From contig CBDCWI010000002.1 of assembly GCA_965223325.1 (NCBI GenBank), forward strand, positions 1,856,001 to 1,920,000: a stretch of DNA of 64,000 nt, given 5' to 3'. The stretch's first letter is position 1. Each line of letters starts with the position of its first letter. The stretch comes from Candidatus Multivoradales bacterium. Lineage in GTDB: Bacteria; Acidobacteriota; Thermoanaerobaculia; Multivoradales; Multivoraceae. The position numbers were made by a program, and so were the translations under genes. Below the pieces are notes generated by a model, which saw nothing but the letters and a program-made list of their open reading frames with translations, was not told the origin of the DNA and did not search any database. Shown one piece after another: positions 18,601 to 27,123 of the stretch.

Positions 18601-18902
18601 ACAGTTCGAGCATTGGCTTCGACGAAGGTACGCATGTATCGGTGAGTTACAACTTTCGCGTCTGGAAACTGCCGTTGCGTTTGCGCACCGACTACGCCGA
18701 GTTGAACTACGACGTTCACGAACTCGAGCCCGAGCTCGTCGACCAGGAGCTCCTCGGCACGCAGCTGAACCTCAATCTCCATGGGCCCTTCCGGACCGAT
18801 CTCCTGTTCGGGGTCGGTCGCGCACTTCACGCCGAACCGGCTCGGGCCGAGAAGATCACCAGTTGGTGGCTCATTGTCTCGCGACGCTTTGGCAAGGACT
18901 AG
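15681..18902 (+). CDS. Large outer-membrane protein: STN-like signalling domain, middle domain, RseB/LolA-like domain, acidic linker and C-terminal beta-barrel
   Basis: Signal peptide. 'RSVPEAIDMLRASGLEVAYSEGLV..LLQEIVGDYGLEVKQLPGKSLSIVP' resembles the N-terminal extension of TBDR transducers. 'YRYRYLGSDEIDGHPTWKIGFDP..GVIWID' is LolA/RseB-like. Amphipathic strands run to 'WWLIVSRRF'. No plug motif recognised. Confidence 0.7.
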   Translation: MKTSPHLTLFLCRMTLCSSFAMLAGSLATALPADATSGERYRCRSVPEAIDMLRASGLEVAYSEGLVSERMLVRRTPTAEDSAGLLQEIVGDYGLEVKQLPGKSLSIVPSASQSVERLRRISSPLLVREDSYDALPEWRNLTDIGRSVAFISFVEGSGTAAAPSIDQGVDFIIWRLPERLGDKARAAFELKQQIVATGSRAPTARMGLEGSRAVVEALMDRELAPYVDGYVFERDPWVPELDATGRPWWKTSLASASSDTLLELLLDGARKGAAFVLVQDRGPNASESGLLDAVRATGAGALEDQPQTASQERINATVFLEPRSGNFQVAVYNPSGGGRVSLELEPGLEARVIYPQGEHVATDSYGRFVALQFPGGAEHWLIELEKSRDLARAGEALVEDEVIVDPYEVVVRNQIFQRAEVDKVLSVDVMEYASVTPGWRNGRRSFWEHRIFQRRGRLDEYLHLEVYRDGVRLPRDKMYKSILGRPVERIELAPLTVENRKTYRYRYLGSDEIDGHPTWKIGFDPVVPGRLVSGVIWIDQVTGAHRQIRAKHHNLGVGILSGDYITRYRWIPGPDGCHWDWDRRYGSETYDYLDFEGVAQIDYKRENFRYNRADIEEVIQAAHESDVLIHVATPPEGHRWLLRGAEIKPKRGDLPYEDGVLRVEDMPEVKPDSSDEELPLADEPAIERQAERPAEEAPGPALTASLGSATSRGEGDALTEMLAGPWAFPSRSRISVGYFGNSSSDSDLDFGFNFLDWDFLRRGRKGRDPLYLWIGGFGEDGLVSLTDPHLFGSEWSLTGSFDLQLDPDQDFLFRQNTETPGDESTVSNLSLDSRKVGFRFSFGRPLTGSVSMRLKLGVHSLNFMRKSGTDPNFILPANSSEVTLRSELSWSRRSTHLVLGLEGGRRGSDWRAWGLDGRQEAIDQWSRYDARLTWAHPIGRSQTLAASLGIFGGSDLDRFSRRRLFEVDARVPGYSSSIGFDEGTHVSVSYNFRVWKLPLRLRTDYAELNYDVHELEPELVDQELLGTQLNLNLHGPFRTDLLFGVGRALHAEPARAEKITSWWLIVSRRFGKD
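18816..18902 (+). repeat. 87-bp imperfect direct repeat, copy 1 (3' end of the OM protein gene)
   Basis: 72/87 nt identical to 26875-26961 by manual alignment. Confidence 0.9.
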
Positions 18903-19086
18903 CTGAAGGCCCCAGCTTCACCATGATGCTGTAGCCCTTGGCGTTCTCACCCAGGTAGAGGAACCCTTTCTTGCGCGCCTTGAAGCTACGCTTGACACCC
19001 GAATCGCCTTCGGCGACCTCGGGATAGCAGAGCGCCAGTTTGCGCAACTGGCGGACGATCGGATTCTCGAATCGTTCGGTTGCCAT
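18903..19086 (-). pseudogene. Truncated MmcQ/YjbR-family protein
   Basis: MATERFENPIVRQLRKLALCYPEVAEG..SFKARKKGFLYLG..MVKLGPS, then it runs into the antisense of the OM gene's end. The C-terminal half is missing. Confidence 0.55.
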
Positions 19087-19203
19087 GGAAAAACGACAAC
19101 ACCGGCCCACCGATTCGCTGCAAGAATCGGAGATCTGAGAGCTCCGACTCACCGGGGCCCGTTCCCTACTTCCCCATCCTTACTCCCTACCGCCACCCCG
19201 ACT

Positions 19204-21099
19204 GTGACGACCACCGCACCACCGCCGCGCGCGGCCAGACCCACCCTACGTCTCGTCGCCTTGCTGGCCGCCCTTGTCGTGGCTGCCGGAGCTCTGTGGT
19301 TCACCCGCACCCGGCCGGACAATCCCACCTCCCTGGTTCTCATCGTTGTCGACACGCTGCGTAGCGATCATTTGCCGAGCTATGGCTACCGGCGCGACAC
19401 GGCGCCCTTTCTTACGCGTCTGGCCGAAGACGGCATTCAGGTACAGGGCTACAGTGCGTCGCCGTGGACCAAAGCCTCGATGGTGACTCTTCTCTCTGGC
19501 CTCCATCCACAGCGACACCAGACCTTCGGCTTCGAGGACGCGTTGCCGGAGGAGGTCCCATACCTTCCGGCGCTGCTGGCGGAGCGCGGCTACCGAACCG
19601 TCGGTTTCAACTCGAACGGAACGCTGGCCAGTTTCCTCGGCCTAGCGCGCGGCTACCAGAAATACCTCGAACCGCCGCCGGAGCGTACGGCAAAGCCCGA
19701 CGCCAAGGAAGTCACCGATGCCGTCCTCTCGCTAGCTCGTAACCTGGCTTCTGGAGGTGACGAGCCCTTCCTGCTCTATGCCCATTACCTCGATCCGCAC
19801 GATCCGTACGAGCCTCCCCGCGCATTCGGCAGTGACCTCTCCCCTGCCGAGTTTGTCCAGCCACAAGACGTTGTCGAGGGGCGGCTGAGCCTGACCGGGT
19901 CCGTCCTCGAGAAGTTCCGCGACCAGTACGACGGCGAGATCCGGCAGATGGACGAAGAGATCTCGCGCCTTTTCGACGGGCTCGATGCCCTCGGTCTGCT
20001 CGACGACGACACCATACTGGTGGTGACGTCCGATCACGGCGAAGAGTTCGGCGACCACGGGCGCATCGGTCATGGCAAGACTGTGCACGCGGAGTCGGTT
20101 CAGGTGCCGCTCATCTTCTGGCGAAGGAGTGATATGGCGCGATATGTCTCGGACGACGCGTTTCACCAGGTCGACTTCTTGCCCACCATCCTCGAGGCGC
20201 TGCAGCTTTCATCGGACCCGGAACTCGGCGCCCTGATGGCCGACCTCGATGGGCGCTCGAGATGGCGCGACCTGCAGAACCAGGCGCTCGGGCCTGCCAG
20301 TGACTTCCATTTCCACCTCGATCTATACCCGGCTGGCGAACTCGGGCTCCTCGACGGAAGGCACAAGTTCATTCACCGTCGCGGCACGCCCAGCAACCTG
20401 CTCTTCGACGTCGAGGTTGACCCGGGCGAACGCACCAACCTGGTTTCAGCTGGTAAGAAGCGAGGCGAGTTTCTCGCCCGGGTGATTGCACACCACAACA
20501 CTCACAGCGCAACCGCACACGAACGAGTGATCACCGAGGAAGGAGACAGCGCGAGGGCTGCGCTCGAAGCCCTGGGCTACGTGGAACCCGAGAACGCGAG
20601 CCTTTCCAGCCGGCGCATGCCCACAACGCTCGAGGTCTTCGACACCCGGGTGCTGGGCCTCTTCGGAGACGAAGACCCTACTGCCTGGCAAACTCGCCTC
20701 GACCTGCCGGCAAACTCGCCGCAGCTCCTCGGGTCCTGGAAACCGGTGGACACGGCTGCCGAACATCGACTTCGAGGTCCGTGGTCGGGTGCATTCGCGA
20801 CCGTCGTGCTTCCGATTGAGGGCGACGGCTCGCAGTCGGTCGTGGTCACCGGCCTCGTGTCGGGGGCGACCACCCGCCAATGTCGAATCACTCTCAGCGG
20901 CGGAGAATCGGCCGCCGCGAAGACAGAGCCTCGGGTTCACAGCCTCGAAGAGGGTCGCTTCGACCTGCGCATCCCGGTTCCGGCCGAACTTTCGGTAGGG
21001 CCGGTGCTCTACGTTGACCTTGAAGTGCGACCCCTTGCCGGTGAAACGGCGGCTGGAATGGCCGGGTTGCAGATCGAGTCTGTCGGCTGGGCACCCTAG
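19204..21099 (+). CDS. Sulfatase-like hydrolase/transferase (alkaline phosphatase superfamily), N-terminally anchored
   Basis: LIVVDTLRSDH, SPWTKAS, HYLDPHDPY, YDGEI, TSDHGEEF, GHG motifs. Confidence 0.88.
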   Translation: MTTTAPPPRAARPTLRLVALLAALVVAAGALWFTRTRPDNPTSLVLIVVDTLRSDHLPSYGYRRDTAPFLTRLAEDGIQVQGYSASPWTKASMVTLLSGLHPQRHQTFGFEDALPEEVPYLPALLAERGYRTVGFNSNGTLASFLGLARGYQKYLEPPPERTAKPDAKEVTDAVLSLARNLASGGDEPFLLYAHYLDPHDPYEPPRAFGSDLSPAEFVQPQDVVEGRLSLTGSVLEKFRDQYDGEIRQMDEEISRLFDGLDALGLLDDDTILVVTSDHGEEFGDHGRIGHGKTVHAESVQVPLIFWRRSDMARYVSDDAFHQVDFLPTILEALQLSSDPELGALMADLDGRSRWRDLQNQALGPASDFHFHLDLYPAGELGLLDGRHKFIHRRGTPSNLLFDVEVDPGERTNLVSAGKKRGEFLARVIAHHNTHSATAHERVITEEGDSARAALEALGYVEPENASLSSRRMPTTLEVFDTRVLGLFGDEDPTAWQTRLDLPANSPQLLGSWKPVDTAAEHRLRGPWSGAFATVVLPIEGDGSQSVVVTGLVSGATTRQCRITLSGGESAAAKTEPRVHSLEEGRFDLRIPVPAELSVGPVLYVDLEVRPLAGETAAGMAGLQIESVGWAP

Positions 21100-22002
21100 C
21101 GAGATCTGCGACCGGCTACCACCCGACCATCAGCCTTCGCCGGCTCCGATCTCATCGACTGCAACGATCTGAGTCTCGCTGGTGAGGGTGCGGTGAACGG
21201 GACAGCGACTTGACACCTTGAGCAATCGTTGGCGCTGCGCTTGGTCGAGGGGCCCGTCCAACCAGAGCTCCTTTTCGATCCGATCGATGCGCCCCTTCTT
21301 CGTCTCGCACTCGGCACAGTCCTGAGCGTGGACCCGTGCGTGACGAAGTCGAACACGAACGGACTCGAGGGGGATCTCTTCGCGATCGGCGACGATGCGG
21401 AGCGTCATCGAAATGCAGCTGCCGAGACCAGCAAGCAGCATCTCATAGGGCGCGGGGCCACTGTCTGCGCCGCCAAACGAGGCCGGCTCATCCGTCTTGA
21501 GCACGTGTCCCCGGGTTCGCACCCGCTGCGCGAATCTGGCGCCGTCTACACTCTCGACTTCGACAACACCCTCGGGAAGAGGGCTCTTCTCGGTTCTGGA
21601 ATCGAGACCTCTGGCGTCGCGCGCTGGCGGTTCATCCGCAGGAATGTAGCGCGCCGCCCAGGTTGCCAGCATCGAGGCCGCGAAGTCGGCATCTAGAGGC
21701 CGTTCGAGCAGGAGATGATCGGCGCCATCCAGTGCGACGAAGCTTTTCGGATGCTTCGCCGCCTGGAAAATCTCGCGCGCGTGGTCGACACTCACCACCT
21801 TGTCGACGGGCGAGTGCATGACCAGGAGCGCACGCCGCAGAGCGCCGAGCGTTTCGGTCAGCCGATGGCCCTCGAGATCGGCAAAGAGCTCACGCCTGAT
21901 CGTGAAGGTCCTTCCACCGAGCAGAACCGAGCTGAGTGCAGCATCGCGATCGACGTCACCGAGAATTCCTTCGGCGAGATGGGCGGGAGAACTCGGCGCG
22001 CC

Positions 22003-22033
22003 AAGGACCGCCACCGCCACGACTTCCGGGATG
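22003..22033 (+). repeat. 31-bp exact direct repeat at the left IS flank
   Basis: AAGGACCGCCACCGCCACGACTTCCGGGATG, also present at 23169-23199. Confidence 0.9.
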
Positions 22034-23168
22034 GGCTCTTCAGGATCTGAGGTGGGTGGCGTAGCCTTCGGGCCATGCGTGACACGGAACTGTACGGTCG
22101 GATTCTCGGCCTCACTCGTCCTTGGCGTGTGAGCGATGTGGTGTTGGAGGAGGCCTCGACGAAGGTCGAGGTTTATGTTGATCACGGTGGTGAGGGTCTT
22201 CGCTGTCCCGCCTGCGAAGGGTCGGTGACGGTCCACGACCATCGCGAGCGGCGTTGGCGTCACCTCGACACCTGCCAGTTCCAGACGATCCTCGTCGCTC
22301 GGGTTCCTCGAGTGCGGTGCAAGGAGCACGGAGTGAAGACGATCCAGGTGCCCTGGTCCGATCCGGGTTCGGGGTTCACGGCTCTGTTCGAAGCGCTGGT
22401 GATCGACTGCTGCAGGCTGCGAACACGTCGGCCGTGTCCAGACTTCTTGGCTTGACGTGGGACGAGGTCGACGGGATCAAGCAGCGAGCGGTGGCCCGTG
22501 GTCTGGCCCGCAGGGAACTCGCGGTGCCCGAAGACATCGGTGTCGACGAGACGTCTTTCCAGAAGCGTCACGAGTACGTGACGGTGGTCGCAGACACGCA
22601 GGCGAACGTGATCCACTGGGTGAGCGACGGCCGTGGGAAGGAGTCCCTGTCTTCGTACTTCGAGTGCTTCGAAGTGGCTGAGCTGCAACAGGTTCGCAGC
22701 ATCACGATGGACATGTGGCGGCCCTTCATCCAGACGACGTTGGAGCGTGTGCCTGGCGGCGCATCGAAGATCGCCTTCGGCAAAGATGTGGCGATGCACC
22801 TCGGCCAGGCCGTGGACAAGGTCCGTCGCGAGGAGAACCGGCAGCTGCTCGAGTCGGGCGACGAGAGTCTCAAGGGGACGAAGTACCTCTGGCTGTACCA
22901 CCCCAGCTGGCCGAGCGAACCTCGGAGTCGCGCCTGCTCGACTTCGACTCCTTGCTTCGTCGCTCGCTTCGGACAGCTCGAGCCTGGCGCCTCAAGGAAA
23001 TGCTGATGGAGATCTGGGTGCCGATCGCGATCGACCGTACTCGTGGGCGATTCGTTCACGCCACGATGAAGCGAGCACGCATGATCCAGCTTCGAAGGGG
23101 CGAGATCGCGCTCGGCGTCACCAACGCCAAGGCGGGCTTCAACACCAAGAAGTGGCTCGGCGCGCGCG
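22034..23168 (+). mobile_element. ISL3-family insertion sequence, degenerate; right end not recognisable
   Basis: Begins GGCTCTTC, an ISL3-type terminus, and encodes ISL3 transposase segments. No matching GAAGAGCC at the right side. Confidence 0.85.
22075..23160 (+). pseudogene. ISL3-family transposase, frameshifted
   Basis: Zn finger CPAC..RWRHLD..PRVRC; IGVDETSFQKRHEYVTV; DMW; TNAKAGFN, spread over three frames. First frameshift near 22410. Confidence 0.88.
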
Positions 23169-23199
23169 AAGGACCGCCACCGCCACGACTTCCGGGATG
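23169..23199 (+). repeat. 31-bp exact direct repeat at the right IS flank
   Basis: Identical to 22003-22033. Confidence 0.9.
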
Positions 23200-23779
23200 T
23201 GGGGCGCCGCCGAGAGCGCCGCTGTTCCGCCGAGACTGTGCCCGATCAGCAATCGCGGCGCCTCCTCGTGAGCGCGCAGATGATTCGCCGCGGCGATTAG
23301 ATCGTCTCGGTTGGAGGAGAAATCAGTACCGGTGAAATCACCTTCACTTTCGCCGAGGCCGGTGAAATCGAAACGCAGCACGGCGTAGCCGTCTTTAGCG
23401 AGAGCGGTGGTAATGCGCTTGGCCGAGCGAAGGTCCTTCGTGCAGGTGAAGCAGTGCGCGAATAGAGCCCAGGCACGAATTGGTTGGCCGTCGGGTGGCA
23501 ACTCAGCCCACCCGACCAGTGGGTGCCCCAAGGAACCCTCGAATTGCATCTTCTGCGCACGTCCCGCCATCGGTCGACTCCTCTCTTCCTTCATACGGCC
23601 AAGGAGCGTACCGCCGCGGCTGGTGAGCTCGCTGACGAGTGGTCCAACCGTGGGCCAGGCCCGGGAGTGCTTCGGCTCCAACGAGGAACTCAAAACCCAT
23701 AAATAGAATTTTTCCCGTAAATCTGGGATACTTTCGCCCTGAACGACCAGGCCGTTAGGCTAGAAATTGGAGATCTACT

Positions 23780-26700
23780 TTGCTGAACGATGTCAGGGAC
23801 TGTCAGAGGGATGCGCCGAGAACGAACCGCCGGAGAGATCAGGTTGCCGCAATCCGACGCAGGACCAGCACGAGCTGGGCAGCAGCCGGTCTCCTGTTGA
23901 GCAGCGTCGCCGTTCAATCCGTCAGTGCCCAGACCGGCAACTACGACGCAGTTCTCGAGGTCGGTGCCGATTTTCAGGCAGCGGTCGACGCACACCCTCC
24001 GGGGAGTTCCTTCCTGATTGCCACCGGAGTCCATCGACTGCAATCGGTAACGCCAAAAGACGGAATGACATTCGATGGTGAGGTGGGCGCGGTAATGAAC
24101 GGCTCGAGGCTCTTGTCGAGTTTTCAGTTCGACGGCACCTGGTACTACGTGGATGGGCAAACGCAAGAGGGTTACCGCAATGGCTCCTGCGAGAGTGGCT
24201 ATTCGCGCTGTCACTATCCAGAAGACGTCTTTGTCGATGACGTGCCCCTGCGACACGTGGCAGGGTACGCCGACTTGGCTCCAGGTACCTTCTACTTCGA
24301 CTATGCAGCGGATCGGATCTACCTCGGGGAGAACCCCAACGGCCACCAGGTCGAGACCAGCGTTTCGCCGAGTGCGTTTTCGGGTCCTGCGGTCGACGTT
24401 TCAATCCGGGGTCTGGTGATCGAGAAGTACGCCAACCCAGGTCAAACCGGTGCCATCGGCCCTGAGGGATCTGGCTGGTTGACCGAGAACGTCGAGGCGC
24501 GTTTGAACCACGCCGGCGGCATCCGACTCAAGGAGAGCAGTGTGATCCGCGGCTGCTTTGCTCACCACAACGGTCAGGCTGGAATCTTGACCAACGGCGC
24601 CGACGTCCTGGTCGAAGACAATCGTATCGGGTGGAACAACTTCGCCCACCACAGCCAGGATTGGGAAGCGGGCGGCACCAAGTTCGCTCACGCCCTCAAC
24701 GCGGTCATTCGCCGTAACTGGGTGCACGACAACCTCGGCTCCGGGCTCTGGGTCGACATACGCGGCGAGAACGCCATCCTCGAAGACAACGTCTCGGAGC
24801 ACAACTTCCGCGCCGGCCTGCACTACGAAGTCTCCAACGGCGGCATCGTGCGATACAACTACATGGAGGCAAATGGCCTGGACGACCCCCGCAACAGTTG
24901 GCTCTGGGCATCCGGCATCCTGGTTGCCGCTTCTCGCGACGTCGAAGCTCACGACAACGTCGTGGTGACCAATGGCAACGGCATCACCGGCGTCCAACAG
25001 ATGCGTGGCAGCGATACGTGGGGCGAGCTCTGCGTCACGGGGCTCGATGTTCACCACAACACGATCACCATGGCGCGCGGCGCGACCGGCGTGGCCGCCG
25101 ACTACACGCCCCCCGGCGGATCTGAAGACTGCTCGATCAACGTCTTTGGAGCAGCCGCGAACAACCACTTCGAGTCGAACACGTACTACGTCGATTCACT
25201 TGGAGCCTCACGGTGGGCCTGGAACGGTGGCTACCGAGACTTCTCCGCGTGGCAGGGCTTCGGACACGACCTGCAGGCGACGACCCAGGTGATCTCCAGC
25301 GAGCCCCCCACCTGGTCAGGCAGCGTGGCCGTCGACAGCCAGAGCGAGACCCAGGTGGCGCTCTCGTGGGCACCGGCTAGTGACGCCGAGGGGGTGGCGG
25401 CCTATCGGGTCTATGAAGACACGCTCGGACAGGTCGCAACAACCAGCGGCTCTTTGTCCGTGACCGTGCGTTGGCTCGAGCCTGGCATAACCTACTCGTT
25501 TCGAGTCGAAGCCGTCGATGTCATGGGAAACGAGTCTGAAGATGGACCGGCAGTGACTGCTACGACAGTGATCGACTGTGGCGACAGTGCCTGTGCGCCT
25601 TCGGGCCTGTCGGCCTTAGCCGGCGGACAGAACTCCATCGAGCTCACTTGGACCGACAACGAACCCGCCGAAGTTGGATACGAAGTCGAGCGGTCTGTCG
25701 ACGGGTCGTCCTGGGCAACGCTGGCCACGCTTTCGGCTGACTCCGAGAGCCATACCGACAGTGGGCTGAACGCCGGCAGCACCTTCTACTACCGCGTGCG
25801 GGCGATCGGTGGGAGCGGGCCCTCCCCCTACTCGAACGTCGCCCAGGCGACCACGGATTCCGAGATCGAAACCAGCGTACATCTGGCCACCGCCGAGACC
25901 TCGCAGAAGGGCACTCAAACCAACAACTTTCAGGCAACCCACTCTCAGGGAGGTCTCGTCGAAACGCTAGAGGAAATCCAGAGCGGCGGTAACCCAGCGA
26001 ACCAACGCAGCGTCCTCGACCATCGTTGGACAATCCCAGTCTCCGGCGCCGGCACGCACTCCCTGGTGCTCACCGCCTGGGCCACCGGAGCTGAAGGTGA
26101 ATCCTTCGTCATCTCCTATGCCACCGACGGCGCTACCTTCACCGACCTCTTGACGGTCTCGGGAACCAGCGCAACGACGTACGTCGAAGAGCTCCCCGCG
26201 CTGGCGAGTGGCCAGTTCACCGTGCGCGCCCTCGACTCCGATCGCACGCGCGGCAACTCTGCTCTCGACAGCCTACACGTCGACTACCTGGCGGTTGAAA
26301 CCATCGGCTCACCCGGTGGCCCAGGCGATCCGCCTACAGCTCCCAGCAACCCTGAAGCGACAGCGACCTCAACCAGTCAGATCGCGCTTTCGTGGACCGA
26401 CACTTCGGACAACGAGCTCGGGTTTGCGATTGAACGCTCCGAAGACAGTTCAAGCTTTTCCGAGATCGCTCGGACGGCAGCCAACACCACCTCGTACCAG
26501 GACACCAATTTGACGGCCGGAACGACCTACTACTACCGCTTCGTGAGCTACAACGCAGAGGGATCATCGGCACCGAGCTCGGTCGTCCAGGCAACCACGA
26601 ATGAACCCAGTGGCGGCATCGAGCTCGCTGCAAGTGGCAGCAAAGAGAAGGGAAAGCACATCATCGCCTTGAGCTGGAGCGGCTCGAGCGCCAGTTCCTT

Positions 26701-26851
26701 CACGGTCTGGAGAGACGGCCAGACGCTGGCAACCGTCTCCGGCCAGTCCTACACCGACAACACCAACAACAGAGGCGGAAGAACCTACACCTACCGCGTC
26801 TGCGAGGCCCCGTCGGGCCTCTGCTCGGCCGAAGTACAGGTCAACTTCTAG
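23780..26851 (+). CDS. Secreted right-handed parallel beta-helix protein with fibronectin type III domains
   Basis: Signal peptide; beta-helix repeats (HHNGQAGI, HDNLGSGLWVD); FN3 repeats (LTWTDN..E.GYE.ERS, TYYYR); C-terminal disulfide FN3-like domain. Start codon uncertain. Confidence 0.85.
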   Translation: MLNDVRDCQRDAPRTNRRRDQVAAIRRRTSTSWAAAGLLLSSVAVQSVSAQTGNYDAVLEVGADFQAAVDAHPPGSSFLIATGVHRLQSVTPKDGMTFDGEVGAVMNGSRLLSSFQFDGTWYYVDGQTQEGYRNGSCESGYSRCHYPEDVFVDDVPLRHVAGYADLAPGTFYFDYAADRIYLGENPNGHQVETSVSPSAFSGPAVDVSIRGLVIEKYANPGQTGAIGPEGSGWLTENVEARLNHAGGIRLKESSVIRGCFAHHNGQAGILTNGADVLVEDNRIGWNNFAHHSQDWEAGGTKFAHALNAVIRRNWVHDNLGSGLWVDIRGENAILEDNVSEHNFRAGLHYEVSNGGIVRYNYMEANGLDDPRNSWLWASGILVAASRDVEAHDNVVVTNGNGITGVQQMRGSDTWGELCVTGLDVHHNTITMARGATGVAADYTPPGGSEDCSINVFGAAANNHFESNTYYVDSLGASRWAWNGGYRDFSAWQGFGHDLQATTQVISSEPPTWSGSVAVDSQSETQVALSWAPASDAEGVAAYRVYEDTLGQVATTSGSLSVTVRWLEPGITYSFRVEAVDVMGNESEDGPAVTATTVIDCGDSACAPSGLSALAGGQNSIELTWTDNEPAEVGYEVERSVDGSSWATLATLSADSESHTDSGLNAGSTFYYRVRAIGGSGPSPYSNVAQATTDSEIETSVHLATAETSQKGTQTNNFQATHSQGGLVETLEEIQSGGNPANQRSVLDHRWTIPVSGAGTHSLVLTAWATGAEGESFVISYATDGATFTDLLTVSGTSATTYVEELPALASGQFTVRALDSDRTRGNSALDSLHVDYLAVETIGSPGGPGDPPTAPSNPEATATSTSQIALSWTDTSDNELGFAIERSEDSSSFSEIARTAANTTSYQDTNLTAGTTYYYRFVSYNAEGSSAPSSVVQATTNEPSGGIELAASGSKEKGKHIIALSWSGSSASSFTVWRDGQTLATVSGQSYTDNTNNRGGRTYTYRVCEAPSGLCSAEVQVNF

Positions 26852-26874
26852 CCCGCCCCTGGCCTCGGCGCTCA

Positions 26875-26961
26875 GGTCGCGCGCTCGATGCCGAACCGGC
26901 TCGCGCCGAGAAGATCACCAGTTGGTGGTTCATCATCTCGCGTCGATATGGAGACGCCTAG
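26875..26961 (+). repeat. 87-bp imperfect direct repeat, copy 2 (orphan 3' end of an OM-protein homologue)
   Basis: Encodes GRALDAEPARAEKITSWWFIISRRYGDA* versus GRALHAEPARAEKITSWWLIVSRRFGKD* at 18816-18902. Confidence 0.9.
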
Positions 26962-27123
26962 TACCCCGCACCATTGAAACGGATAGTGGCTGAGCGGATG
27001 ATCGTGCTCGAGATCAAGGCGTCACGACGCAGGCATATTGGTGATCTGTCGAGGAGTGACAACACAGAGATCGAGCGCGAGGACCGCGCAGACGCTGTGC
27101 GTTTCAATGGTACGGGGTACTAG
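26958..27123. mobile_element. MITE-like non-autonomous element (166 bp)
   Basis: Terminal inverted repeats CTAGTACCCCGCACCATTGAAACG (26958-26981) and CGTTTCAATGGTACGGGGTACTAG (27100-27123), 23/24 match. CTAG at both ends. No ORF. Confidence 0.72.

Larger units (their letters stand above)
21130..23570 (-). pseudogene. Bifunctional alpha/beta hydrolase-OsmC protein, interrupted by an ISL3-family element
   Basis: The 5' part (ATG 23570; AHCFTC, RFDFTGLG, GHSLGG) and the 3' part (HSPVD, GADHLL, GPAPYE..LGSC, CPVHRTL) rejoin in frame, giving 425 codons, when 22003-23168 is removed. Confidence 0.9.

Noticed and set aside
18903-26874. Integrative element bounded by attL/attR
   Set aside because: No integrase lies between the repeats, and further collinear relics at 30.6-30.8 kb fit a decayed homologous locus better.
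18816-26961. 87-bp repeat pair as a DGR template/variable repeat
   Set aside because: The 15 mismatches are not adenine-specific in either copy, many are synonymous, and no reverse transcriptase is in the window.
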